Below are positions 24,899 to 39,252 of a stretch of DNA of 64,000 nt, piece by piece; position 1 is the first letter of the stretch, and every line of letters starts with the position of its first letter. The position numbers were made by a program, and so were the translations under genes. Location of the stretch: the NCBI RefSeq assembly GCF_001194135.2, contig NC_068997.1, forward strand, positions 11,487,231-11,551,230, in the 5' to 3' direction. The stretch is from Octopus bimaculoides (lineage: Eukaryota). A model generated the notes under the pieces. It ran no database searches. It had not been told where the DNA came from and saw only the letters and a program-made list of their open reading frames with translations.

Positions 24899-27800
24899 TC
24901 ACCCCCGCCTTCGACACAAACAATGAAACATGCCATTTCAGAAAAATTGTTGTGACCAAGGCTAACCGAGATTGAGCATAATTCTGATCAACTGCTTTCA
25001 AGTATTTGTTAATATAAAATATTATTAATAAAGTAAATCTATAAATGCGACCGTTAACGTTTTGTTCGACGTATTACAGATGAGGAATTGCTTATTCGCT
25101 TACCTGTATGGTATGAAAGGTTCAGGCTGCAAATGTAATCAACATTGAAACTAGTTTGCTCGGACTAATGAACCCAATTATATTAACGAATCGAGCTGAC
25201 TTAGCGGAATGAAATTCCCGAATTGGAGTGTAAGGAGATCCTCAAAATCTTGTCAGCCTCAGTAAACTGTCAGTGTGCCATTTTTCACGAGAGAGACGAT
25301 TGCCTAATTGTCAATAAGATATCAATGAGGGATCAACGTCTTGGTTTGGCAGATGGTTAACGAGAAAGATCAAGATGTTTTGATACTTACAAGAGTAGAA
25401 TTTATTGCCAACAGTTTTAGTGTAAGCGGCGGAGTTGGAAAGCACGAAACTGTGCCTTAAAGAAACTGTTTATAGTACATTCAAAGAATATTGTGTTGAG
25501 AGGTACATATTTATTACCCAAATCATAGTCGTTCTCATGACACCTGGCGCTGAGAATTTTGAAATCGTGAAAGTGAAGCATTGTATTCATTCTTGTGTTG
25601 AAGAATAGCATTTGGTATGCCTTTCAACGTTGTGTGCAAGGTATGCAGTAAACAGGCGAGAAACACTTTCTGAGAGTACATTTTACACTTTCCAAGATGC
25701 ACTGCGATTTTTCTGTTTTCGAACTCAGAACAACAGATATAGTGTGTGACATTCAAACGATCTATGAGGAACGGATTTCTTTTTCTTTTCTTGCCTTTTA
25801 TTTTCTTTTTCGTTATTTGTATCTCAAATATCTCCAGACATAATTCGGTTTGCAGAGTTCTGGTAATCATTAGAATCACCATACATTATCTTCAGCAAAA
25901 TCTATTGCTATTCCTTGGATATATTTTCATGTCAAATGCCATGTAAGATTATTTATATAACTGAATTAACTTAGGTTCAAGTGTATTCCTTCTTTAACCG
26001 CTATTTTTTTTTTCGAACGTGCCGAATATTTTATAGAAAATGTAAACATCCTTCCACAAATACAGAGACGTCAACGTCGTTTTTTAAGTAAACAAACAAA
26101 TGTTAATTAACTTAGATTTTGATTGTTCATCATGTCCATTACCTCTACTTCTCTCTATTACAAATATCCGGTGAGAGGGTCTTGAAATGGACCGTAAATA
26201 AAACTTCATCTGTCGTCTTTTCACATTGCAATGAGATCATAAAACGTTTCGATATTCGCGACACAGACGTCATAATTTATATAAATCAACCGGTCTCCAT
26301 AAAAGTAGTTCTTATAACACGTCTTCAAACAGTTTCTCGCATTGACTCTTGATCCACGTTGAAATTTTCCATTGAAGTTCTTTTGACATACATCGGTTAT
26401 AAACTGCAATAGCTGAAAATTGATACTTAGAACATCAGAAATTATTTGTGGTATGAGGAGTTACTGTATCGTGGATATTTCTGGATATAAGTTGTCTCTC
26501 ATACATATCTTATGATATTAAATTGCGACTGTAACAATTTAAGCTGGAGACACATGCAAATCGAAGTGAACCAAATCTCCTCATTATGTAAAAAAAAAGG
26601 CATGCTTTGAAACCCGAATGTTTATATAATTGATCTTATAGTATTCGCTTCATAGCAAAGGAGTGAGGATATGATTATATCCCACATTAAGTAATAGTTT
26701 CCATGTACTTATCGAAGGGACTTATAGTGTTCCCGCAAAACATTAGAATAATATATGAAAAGTCATGTTACTACTGTTGAAAGTCGTTGCTCCCAGTCGC
26801 TAGTGGTAATGTCTTCATTTAATTCACACACAGAATTGCATTTACGAAGTATCGGGAAAACAAAGGCCGGTAACTCACAAAGGTCTAGGAGTAAAAGTGT
26901 AATTTGTAAAATATTCTTGATCTTTAAAATCTAGAGTCGTATTACCGATTATTGGACTTAAAACCTCTGCAAATCCCCTTGATTGGTACCAGAGAATATC
27001 CGACATGTTTCACTGCATTCATGTTTGGATAGAAGCAAACAGATATGTAAACCCTTAATTCATTAAAGTATATAAAAGGTGGGATGACACAAACTACGAC
27101 ACATTTAAAGGATTCCACTATTTTTAGTTCCAGAGAGATCTAAAATAGAATGAATGTTTGTAACTCATGTTTTTTTTTTTAATTTGTGTTAATCTGACAA
27201 AAAAAAAATACGAACGATACTTTGTTTATGGTAGTATTTTTTGTTTATGATGTGATACTGTTCAATTTTCATTCTTGTCTCTGCTCTTCTTTAGTTAGTT
27301 AAGACATTGTTTGAGAGTGGATATATCGTTGCGTTGTGGTGTGCTGTTGATAGAGATCCTATAATTTAAATGTTACTTGATTTGGAAATTATATCAAATA
27401 GGAATTAGTAATTACCTAATAATTTTTTTTTAAAATTCAAATCTCTTTTATATGTTATGCGCGATTCACTTGCTTCTTGTCATAAATGGAAGGTGAGGTG
27501 GCTGTAAGCATACGGAGTGTCTGTAAACAATTTCACTTTGTTGACATGGAACATATATTTCCAAATCATATTGATTATTTGCAGTACGTTTTATTTATAC
27601 GAGCAACATTTTCATATTCATAAGGATATATGTATGAAATTTTAATGTTTTGTCGTGTACAATTAGTGAAAGCTTATCATTGGGTGCAATGGATTATGTA
27701 CTCTGATTTGTGTATATTTTTAAAACATGCTCATATATTGTTTATCTAGGGATTAATTTGTTTCAGGTAATAGGTAATGTGTTGTTTGTTAAAAAGTAAT

Positions 27801-29955
27801 AGCTGTCATGTCCGATGTATTTATTGCATTCAATTTTGTCAGTATTCTTCCAGGGCTATATGTTTTAGATGTTTCTACAGTTTTATATGATGTATATTTC
27901 TGCCATTTTTTATATACTACTTTTATTGTGGGTAGAGTTTGGAAGCTCTTCTACCGTAGGGATTTCCCATCTGACATTTTATATATGTATGAACATTCAC
28001 AATATCCAGAACCACGGAATATTTATTAATGTCCTCGATACAAACGGACGTGATAAATCTGTTATTTTGTAACTCCGTATTTATGTCTAGAAATGGAGGT
28101 ATTATATCACCAGGAGATTTATTAATATTATTCTTGATAGGGAATTCTGACAGTTTTATTTATATGTCTTTTTTAGCATTTCGACAATTTGTTTTGCCTT
28201 CATTACAGTACGTATATTGTCGTTATAGTTGGTTGTGATACCAACACGTAGGCCGTTACCAAACCAGCGGCAGACCAAACATTATCAGAGCAACAGAAAA
28301 TTCTTTTCCTTGCATTGTAATCTATCATAAGGCATATGACACCAATACTTACTCCAGCCGGATGATAAGCTATATAAATTTCGCTTGAGCCACCATAAGT
28401 ATATATCAATTTATAAAGGACTAAAAGCCAAGACAGACAAAGAAGCAAGACAGATTTGTTTTCAACCTAACATACAGAGTAGGAAACATTTGTCTCCTCA
28501 AAAATACAGATATTAATAAAGAGAGATGTTGATATAGAGCTAAGAGAGAAAGAAAAACTGACCAACGATCCAAAAATATTGGTGATTAAGGTGGCTGTTC
28601 TAGAATTAATATTTATTAGATATGTTTATATTTTTCATATTCAGTATTATAAATACACATATTATTACGAATACACATATACGCATATATACAAACAAAC
28701 ACACATATGTACAGTAATTTGGGTTTCATTTTAATGAGAGTGCGATTGATATCCAAAAAATCTTTAGGCAACAAATTTTGCATTGATTTCATTCTGTAAA
28801 CAATTAATTATAGAGCTAAAAGTATCTTCACAAAAAATTACTAAAAATAATTATATGTATGTTTGTTTCGTTAAAAATCAAAATCTATTTAGAGAAATAC
28901 TTTGTTTTCTCTCCATCGTTAAAAGTTGGTGTATTTTAAGATATACATGGATACAGAACTTAAGTAACGTTGATAGAGATACACAGTTTTTTCTTCTTAA
29001 TTTTGTAATATATATAACTTGTGAAGTTAGTAAATGTGTATTGTAACATGACACCACAACGAAAACTATTTCAACATTTTAGTATCCTATATATATATAA
29101 ACCGCGATTGATTCAGAATATTTATCTTGCTACGAAAAATTTTAATATTTGATTTGGATTAAACACTATAAGAACTCTTAAACATTGAACTCAAAGCAAA
29201 ATGATAGCTTCAGATTTGTTGGTCTATTAAGTCCCTCATACATTTGCAATGTTGTTTTTTTACCGGCATAATCAGAGGAATAAGGGAAGTGTCTTTTCTC
29301 ATACTAGTCGGGAAAATGAATTGGCTGTTTATATTTTTCAAACCAATGAACAAGCGAGAAATATTTCTGCTGATCAGACTCGGCTAAAAGCAGATGGAGG
29401 TGGTGCAACAGATACTTGCTTGAAGAATACGACAACAGCGGGTGGCCGAGATACGGTATTTGTTGCAGCATGGATTATTTATCCATCATGATAGAGCATA
29501 AAGTGCTTTCCATTTACTAAAATGTTTATTTCGGAATAGTTTTCTTGACATTTAAAAACAGGAACTTTTCTTACCGGATTTAAATCATTTAACACCTTGT
29601 GAATCTTTATCATCTAATGTACATTTAGATATCAAAAGAATTTTCACTATATGAAGATGTCCATAATATATTCTACCATGTTTAATCAGTTATCACAATA
29701 CACCTGTCTATGATAACAATCTTACAGACTATTATATTTGATTTCTCAATAACTGAATCGAATTACTTTCTCAAAGTTCTGCATATAATTTGATTTCTTT
29801 TTCCATCTGCATACATGCGTGCACACTCACACACATACACACAGATATATGTATGCATACATACATACATACATACATACATACATGCATACGTATATAT
29901 ATATATATATGTGCGTGTGTGTATGTGTGTGTGTGTATGTATACATACACACACA

Positions 29956-29990
<35 letters not shown>

Positions 29991-30695
29991 NNNNNNNNNN
30001 NNNNNNNNNNNNNNNNNNNNNNNNNNNNNNNNNNNNNNNNNNTATATATACGCATATTACCAGTTGTATGGGTATTGTATATATACACATATATAGACAG
30101 AAATTCATATATATACATAAACACATACGCATATTAATGTATACATATGTGCGGGCATTTGTATCTGCGTGTGTATATACATATACGGAGCCTATACAAA
30201 ATATAACCTTATTTTCATTCCAAGGCGATAACTAGTCGGTGAAGTTCCACTCTGCCACCAGTGTAGGTGTAACATTAACCTTCAACCTAACACTAACCGT
30301 ATCACGTCACACGCTTTAGGCATCGATCTAAACCTGCTAGAATTAATATATGCTTACTACAGTCGATAATTCGTTGCCTGTTTGAACAATTGTGTATTTG
30401 AAGAACAACGGGTATGTATGAAAATCTATTTTTAGTGCAAGAAACAATATTTACGGAGATGTTTCTGGAGTTGCAACATGTCCAGTGGTGGGAGTACTGA
30501 AATCACATAAAATATCACAACTAAAACCAACTTTAAACATTGGAAACATTCACGAGATACACTCGCAAAACTATATCAAAAGGATGTGTTATAATATTAT
30601 TCCACATATACAAAAACAGCAGCCATATGACAAGTGAAATATATAGACATTACTCCAGAAATTTAAATAAACTTATGGAATGTGACAAATGGAGT

Positions 30696-31470
30696 TTATT
30701 TTTCAATGCAGTCGCCTTTACCTCAACACAATTGTTCCATCGTTAATGCCGTGCTTGGATCCCATTGGCGCAGAAGCTTTTATCCTGTTGCTCAAAAACG
30801 TTATTAACAACATTAGCATGTACAACAACATTATCACTGAGATACTGGTCCCCAGGCAACTGTAGAGAAACAGATGATAGACATATGCGGAATAGGGAGG
30901 GTGATCAACTTGTTCAAAGCTACAGCCATGTACAGCAGCCTCTGAAAATGGTTGAACGTTGTCCTGATGATGGAAGACACTTTTCGTCAGTTTTCCTCGG
31001 CGTTTGGTCGATATACTTTCATAATTGCCTCAGAAAGTTGGTATAATACTCTCCATTGAGGGTTTGATACCTTTTAAGATAGTCAATAAACACAATGCAT
31101 TTTGCATCCAAATCAACTAATGCCATCATCTTCTCTTTAGATTATACGAACTTGGTCCTATTTGGAGCAGGTAAGGAGGAGTGATTACGTGACAGGGATT
31201 GTCTCTTTCACTCTGGTTCAAAGTAATGAAGCCTACATTAATCCTGGATCGGGAAATGCTCACGTAATCCAGTTGGATTTGTCTCAGACAACGTCAGATT
31301 TTCACTTGATGTGATCAGCCTGTTGCACTTTTGTACAGGTGGAACCAACAGAAGAGAAACCTTCGTTACAGGATATGCAAATAACATTAGCTATTCAATA
31401 CAGAGCTACCAATCGCCTATCATCCATCAGCATGTGGTGAACGGCAGTTTCAGAGCAACCAGACCTTAGG
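30696..31470 (-). mobile_element. Mariner transposase remnant (irritans/Himar1-like)
   Basis: Minus strand: VHHMLMDDRRL...; KVS...QKCNRLITSSENL...HYFEPE*KRQS...KMMALVDLDAKCIVFIDYLKRYQTLNGEYYTNFLRQL; HQDN...VDHPPYS; ends KGDCIEK* at 30696. Several stops and deletions. Confidence 0.88.
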
Positions 31471-31804
31471 CAATATACAAAACACTCCCTTCCTCTCCTA
31501 TATTCATCTACTCCATTGGGGTAGATGACATCGGGATAAAGTTATAGCGTCATCCCTCGATGTAGCAACAATTACACATTAAATCCTTTTTTTCGTTATG
31601 TACTTCATAAAACTACGATGCTAAATGTTTTTCAGCTTTCAAGAGACGTTCCTATTGGTTACATTTGAAGTCTTCTTTGAACAGTCGGTTTTCCGTTTAC
31701 CACAAAAGGACAATGAAGTTATCAATAAGAAGAACTGCAATAAAGGCATGCAAGTGTTTACGGCTCTACCATCACTCCTTCATGAACTTTTCAGCCAGCT
31801 CTTG

Positions 31805-31842
<38 letters not shown>

Positions 31843-32343
31843 CAGAGTATATATTCATCGGCGTACTTCTTCCTATTGATAGCTTCATTGTCCTTTTTGT
31901 GGTAAACTGACTACTGACTGTTCAGAGAAGACTTCAAAAGTAGCTAATAGCAACGCCTCTTGAAAATGGACAAATATTTGGCATTAAAGTAGTTTGACTT
32001 CAGAGTCCCATAAGAGCGTAAGCTATTTACGTGTTGTAATAGCCCTTAATATGTATTTATAATGTATTAATAATGAAAAGGAAAAAATATATATTTTGTA
32101 TTAATTTTTTTCTGAACTGGTTTATCATGCTGGCTACTTGATAAATTCTTGTATAGATTTTATCCTTATATATTTATATACAATATACATATATAATTTT
32201 TTTTCCACTAACGATACTCTATTTTGATTTGCTGTGTGTGTTGCAGTGCATAACCATTGATCAATGAGAGTATTCACAGTGAACCAGAGTGTGGATGTTG
32301 TACGTGTTATCAATTTGACATTGGATTTGTCAGGGACCTGAGT

Positions 32344-32923
32344 GGACAATCTAATGTCCACTATGTCATTTATAGATATAAATATTAACAGGCACCTTAA
32401 TGGTAAAAGTACCCGCAAACATGCCACTCCGGCTCAATGTGTTTTATGAATTAATTTGAGAGGAAAATGACACTTGGGAACTTTACAATGCTTGTGATTT
32501 GTCGATATGAATCTGTTTAGCTAACTATTGAATCTTTAGTAGCAAAGTAAATGCCGAACTGAACACGTAGGCAAAACAACATACGTGGATGCTTATATTT
32601 ACAGCTGCTCATGTCTATAAACCACTTTAGTTTACGTTCTGTTCCTGGATATAAAGCAATAACATTTTAACTCCAGTCTACAATTTAATCTCTCCTCACA
32701 AGTCTCGGTGAAAACTTTTAACAAAGTCTAATTTTATACCTATTGATTTTTTTGTAAAAAGTTTATGTTTCTGCTGATATTTTCCAATCGAATTGGTACA
32801 TTATCGGCTAATTCGTTATTTTCAAAAGATATTCAACAATATACGAACCAGTCACGGACAATCTAATGTCCACTATGTCATTTATAGATATAAATATTAA
32901 CAGGGACCTGAATGGTAAAAGTA
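32344..32923 (+). repeat. 68-bp direct repeat pair (32344-32411 and 32856-32923)
   Basis: 49 bp are identical (ggacaatctaatgtccactatgtcatttatagatataaatattaacagg), followed by 19 bp with 2 mismatches. Confidence 0.9.
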
Positions 32924-33116
32924 AATTATTTTCTACAATAAAATGCAGAGTTCAATTACCAAAAGGAAATAACTCTTCCTAATGCCTGCTGTCCTGAAAC
33001 AGATTTGATTAACTATTATATACCTCTGCTCATACATGCAGTGTTTACTTTCTTGTGGCTGTATTGTCCTTGACTTATATATTGTATTGTTCGTTGTATA
33101 TATATANNNNNNNNNN

Positions 33117-33155
<39 letters not shown>

Positions 33156-34644
33156 CTACAAGTATTTCACATATACATTGTTTTATAACCACCAGCGAAT
33201 TATTTCGTCTCCGCTTTCTCTTTTATAATATATGAATCCGTGGTCATATATTTTTATCATTAATAGATATTACGTACAGTGCCTTTCTTTTTTATTTCAC
33301 AAGAAAGGAAACAACACTATAGTTACTGTACACTGAATTCTTTATTAGTATGTATGCAACAATACAATTAACAAGGAAAAGTTTTGTCATAACATACTAC
33401 TACAAGAATGTGGGAATCGATAAGAAAAGGCTGGTTCCTCCAAACAGAACATTAATGGTACTAAAATATTCATAAAGGAGGCCACTACTAAAATAATATG
33501 AAAAAGCCCATTAATGGGGTAAAAAATGTTCCGGAAAAGGAAAAATCGATTTACGCTCCATATATATCTCTGTTATCCTTATGATTGATGACATTGTGCA
33601 GATAAGAAAGAAACCAAACCACTCTACGCTCCCAGTAAGTGTTGCTATAATATAACTTTCAGATAAACTTAACAATCATCAGCCAACGCGAGTGCGAGAT
33701 TTAAACGCAATCATTACCTAACTCAACGAACTTGAAAACGTATAACAAATTGAAAGGAATTCAATACATGCATAGGCCATTCGAATTAATAAAGTATGAA
33801 ATGCAGGCTCACTGAAATATATAAGAAATAATAATTACAACAAAATGAAACTAATTCGACAACTTTTTTAGAGATAAACAATAACACGTAACCGAAAAAT
33901 CTAATCATTAAAAATCTTCAAATCGAGTTATATTTTGTTTAATTTCAACCCCATTCAAACATAAATGAATCGCTTATTCTGATAATAGGGGCTTCCTGCT
34001 ACAACATAATGCCTTTCAAGATTAAAACCATAAAGAATTTTAAATTAACGGTATACTTATGATCAAATAAGATAAATTAAAAAATATTAACATGATCATT
34101 ATCAAAACACCAAGAAGTGTTTAAAACTTCTACAGCAAGGATTTCACAAAACAAAATTAAATGTATTTTTCAGTAAATTAATATTCTCGTTAACAATTCT
34201 TAGTGTCCATAAACTTGTAGAAGTGCAAACCCTAATAACAGGGATAGAAAAAAACAAACAAACAATAAACCTTAAAACTCTTAATTCATAAAACCACATC
34301 GAATAATTAATCAAACAATGGAAGCAGTAAAATTCAATTAACACTTAAACATTTTTGTGAATCACTACTTAATCAAAGTTACATCAATATAAATGGAATT
34401 GACAAAGGAAACAAATTCAAAAAAATTGTTCATATGAAACAAAATGCTAAAATTATTGCCTATCGACCTCATAATTGCAGTAACCCTACTGCTAGATATA
34501 CATACATACATATATATATATATATTTATATATGCTATTATTTTTATTATTGTTAGCCTTGTATACACATCTAATACTGCTCGTCTGATAAGAGTACAGC
34601 AGGCACATGCATTCCAACCATATGTGTGCGATATAGTGATTTCA

Positions 34645-34925
34645 TATTAAGATAACAGCGCATGGCCTTGCAGGTGGGGGCCAGTTAGAATAAGGGTTAG
34701 AATAAGGGTTCCTGAATAAGGGTTGTTTAAGGATGTTGAACAAAATACCCATGTTTCCAAATGTGAATTATCAAAGAATTCCTCTCGACACAAGGCTATG
34801 TTCCTCCCACACTACTTCGGCTTGTGATCAGAGATGCACATATCGTCAACACTAAGGGACATGCTCAACTTGTTAAGGTCAAGCAACTGACAGGAAAATC
34901 TGTGGTACTGAGAAGATTATTTGCT
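34645..34925. repeat. Unclassified interspersed repeat with a short internal tandem (gaataagggtt)x3
   Basis: The tandem is seen directly. Assignment to a common cephalopod repeat is from recollection only; there is no second copy in the window. Confidence 0.35.
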
Positions 34926-36524
34926 TCAGTTCATCATCTTTTATGCGAATACAAAACACAATACAAAATCTGTGCCCATTAAACCTTTTATTTAATTGTC
35001 TTCTTGGACAACCTACATAAACCATGTTGTGTATTGTGCATTCTGTCGCGTGCACCAAATGGGAATCTCTACATGTCCCATCTTCTGTTATGATTCCTGA
35101 TGGAATTTACTTGACTTATGTTGTTGCACAATGAACAGGACTTACCTCACTTGCTACTGTTTTTCAAAGTACAACGTGCAGATACTCCAACGTTCGTTTT
35201 CCTGGAGTCAGAAATAGAGGTAGATGTATGTGTGTGTGTATGTGTGTGTGTGTGTGTGTTTGTGTGTGTGTGTGGGGGGGGGGGGTTTGTGTGTGTGTGT
35301 AGATTGCAAAGTAGATTTTTTTCTTAGCCTGATCATGTTGAACTGGTCAATTATGGACACGGAATCTAAAACAGTGTTTCTATTTCAACATAGCCAGGCA
35401 ATATCTCTGCTAATTCGTAAATAATATCATACTAAAAGATTTCAAATCTAACTTCAAGAAAGCAATTCCCTGTTTCTAAGCTAACATTTCTGTCTGCTTT
35501 CAACACCTACTTACGTTGTTTATATTGCTGTTTCATGTTGTCCACCGTGTGTCAATTTCCTGAATCAATATATTTAGTTTTACTGCGAACATTTCTTACT
35601 AGAAACTATGTCACTATGAACGGTTTATTTGATGTTCCTGTCAATGAAAAATGAAAGAAACAAGCAAAACAGTCTGCATTAAGATATCACCACGATGTAA
35701 TAATGCTGGATGCTAAGTTCAATAATGGTCGAAAGAAAATGTATATGTATACAAATGTTACAGTATTAAAGAACTCTTTATACCTGAATCAGTATGAATA
35801 TGAACAGATACAATGAGTTGCAATCCAATCTAAGCTCATCGTTTCATTATTGAATATTGCCATATTGAACATTGAACATTTATTTCTTGATAGATGTTAT
35901 GGAGTAGTAAAAACAGTGGTGTGACAGATTAACTGTTCTTCATGTGCAAATGCTTAACGTTGGTCTAACATTTTAGTTTAGACTAGCGGGACCCGTGAGT
36001 ATTTCACAGAAATAATGGTAAAGTTATTGGGTTAATTCTGAAAAAAATTATCCAAAAGACCTGCAAGTGCAGCCTGTGTTATGTCGCTATGGAAAGATAG
36101 TCACGCATCTGCTACTCATTGAAAAGTGAAAGAAATTGAAATACGATAATTACTTAATGCACTTTATATATATATATATATNNNNNNNNNNNNNNNNNNN
36201 NNNNNNNNNNNNNNNNNNNNNNNNNNNNNNNNNNNNNNNNNNNNNNNNNNNNNNNNNNNNNNNNNNNNNNNNNNNNNNNNNNNNNNNNNNNNNNNNNNNN
36301 NNNNNNNNNNNNNNNNNNNNNNNNNNNNNNNNNNNNNNNNNNNNNNNNNNNTATATATATACATACATATATATATATACATTTTATAATTTATGAATAA
36401 TTTTATAGACTTAATACACAGGACTATTAAAATAAATATTCACTCTGATTTTTCCACTTTCTAATGAACAACAAAAAAATTCGTACATATAATACAGCCT
36501 TTGCTTAACTTGCATATATTTTAT

Positions 36525-36706
36525 GGCGGCGAACTGGCAGAAACCTTAGCAGGCCGGGCGAAATACTTAGCGGTATTTCATCTCTCTACGTTCTGAGGTC
36601 AAATTCCGCTGAGGTCCACTTTGCTTTACATCCTTTCGGGGTCGATAAATTACTTACCAGTTTCCCCCTCCCCAAAAATTTCGAGCCTTCTGCCTAGAGT
36701 AGAAAA
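36525..36706 (+). mobile_element. SINE family B with an alternative 3' tail
   Basis: ggcggcgaacTGGCAGAAacc...GAGGTCAAATTCC...catcctttcggggtcgataaatt..taccagtt is shared with 23513-23728; the tail ccctccccaaaaatttcgagccttctgcctagagtagaaa is different. Confidence 0.85.
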
Positions 36707-37360
36707 TGATGATATATATACTTTAGAACAGTGTTATATAAAAAAAAACACTCGCTATTGTTTCACAATCCTGGCACTTACAAAACTCATTTGTTATAGG
36801 GAGATATTCGTTGGCAGTATTTCAGTTTCATATTAATCCTACACATACAGAAATATTTAAAAACAAGGAAAAATTTACTATGCAATGGAACGACGAAAAA
36901 TATATTTGATTCTTTTAACAAAATCATATTCGATCGTTTGCACGATAATAGAAGTGAGTCTTTTCCAAATCAACTATACACATATTCAGTGAAAAATAAT
37001 CCGCAACATTTACTAGCCCATGGTTAAAATAATGAATATTTAGAAATCTGGAGCCGTTATGACTAGACAAAACGAAAGTCAGTTTCGGATGGTAATTGCT
37101 TTCATTTATATAATTTAGTTGTTTTACCTGCAAGAAAAGAACTGTCAATATTAAATACACCCTTTCAATATTATTCAGCTATTTCAAATTATATATTACA
37201 ACTAAGTTCCTGTCAACATTAAATGCAGCCGCAGCTAATTTTCACTACTTATTTTTGATTTCAAGATAAAATACAAATATGGTGCATACATTGACTTCGA
37301 AGGAAAGGCAGTTGGAAACAGTGTGTGGGTGTTGGATTATACATATTCACTTATACATAC

Positions 37361-37397
<37 letters not shown>

Positions 37398-38488
37398 NNN
37401 NNNNNNNNNNNNNNNNNNNNNNNNNNNNNNNNNNNNNNNNNNNNNNNNNNNNNNNNNNNNNNNNNNNNNNNNNNNATATATATATACACACATACATATA
37501 TGCATACGTACAAATAAATACACACACACACACGCACACCACATGCACATGTATGACATATTCAAAACACTAGATTTGAATATATCTACACGAGCAGTAT
37601 CGCACGTATACACACACTCACGCAAATTTTGCAAATTCTCTCAAATAATAGTGATAAATATAAACCTACAGTAAAAGTAACTAAACTAAAGTACACCAAC
37701 GTGGGATTGAAATCATACCCACGGTTTTTGCGTATAGATAATCAAAATTTCCCTACCGTATCTGGTCTTAAGCGCTTTTATTTTTCTGGAGTGCATAAAA
37801 AACAACTGGCGAACGAAATTCCTCGCAATGATTTATCTCAGCGGTCTAAATTTGCATGAGAGTATATTTAAAGTAACGTGTAATATATATGATAAGACAC
37901 AGAGATCGTTTAAATGGTTTAAATAGAGACGTCAATGTGAGACTCGTGCTATCGATATGGGAACTATGATTAATGATGAAGAGGATAGACATTTTTTTCA
38001 ACCTGCAGATGTCATTGATATTCGGTAAGTGTAAGTATTTGTGGTAAACAAATAAATAAATAAAAATAAAGATAGTAATAAATACATAAATAAAAGAGTA
38101 CGCACATGTTCGGTTAAGAAGAACGTTTCGTAGCCTTGCGGATTATTGTTCATGACACTGCACGGCATCTTCGGCAAATGTTTTCTATTGTAGGTCTGGG
38201 CTTACTAATGACTATTCTAAGTGGACATTTCTAAAGGAAAAGTTACTGTATAATCCCGTCATATATAGCCATGGGTATATATGTTGTTACCTATCTCTCT
38301 CTCTGTCTGTCTCTCTCTCTCTGTCTCTCTCTCTCTCTCTGTCTCTCTGTCTCTCTCTGTCTATCTGTCTCTCTCTGTCTCTCTCTGTCTCTCTCTCTGT
38401 CTCTCTCTCATATTATATGTATACACTGAGTGTGTGTATGCATATATGTTTATGTATGTATTAATGTAAATATATATGCATATATACG

Positions 38489-38549
<61 letters not shown>

Positions 38550-38625
38550 GTTTATAGATAAACATACATGTAGCAACATTCATAGAGGCAACATTCATGT
38601 AGTATTAATTTCAGTATACTAGAAA

Positions 38626-38694
<69 letters not shown>

Positions 38695-38947
38695 TGAGTG
38701 CGTGCGCGATTGCTTGTGTGTGCCTATGTTTTTATAAACTTTCGACTGATTGTAAAATAGCTATTTTGTTAGTAAAAGTACGTCTCGAAGCACATAAAGG
38801 TATATAATAATAGCATGTGTATATTTTGAAAACCTGTTTTTGCATGGAAAAAAGATCGAAGGGTGTTTTCGGGAAACCAATCCACATCCTTTGCTGAAAT
38901 TCCCGTTGTTCTACCCGAGAAGGTGGAAGGCTAATCAGAAATAATTC

Positions 38948-38994
<47 letters not shown>

Positions 38995-39132
38995 GCACAC
39001 ACACACACATATATATATATAAACAATTGCACAGATGTCAAGTTCGTTGGGACTTATTCGTAGCCACTATTGATGAGAAATAAAATAAAAGGTACATATG
39101 ACACTGTATGAAGTTCTATATCTTTCTACGTA

Positions 39133-39168
<36 letters not shown>

Positions 39169-39252
39169 TACATAAATGACTATATTTATTACGGAGATAT
39201 AGTTGCATATCAAATGATCTGATCTGAGATCGTATGCTGAAACAAAAATAAT

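Noticed and set aside
26221-26409. Cys-containing minus-strand ORF (NCLKTCYKNYFYG), PAN/EGF-like
   Set aside because: Cysteine spacing is incomplete and there is no in-frame donor.
30280-30300. taaccttcaacctaacactaacc, telomere-like
   Set aside because: Only about four degenerate units.
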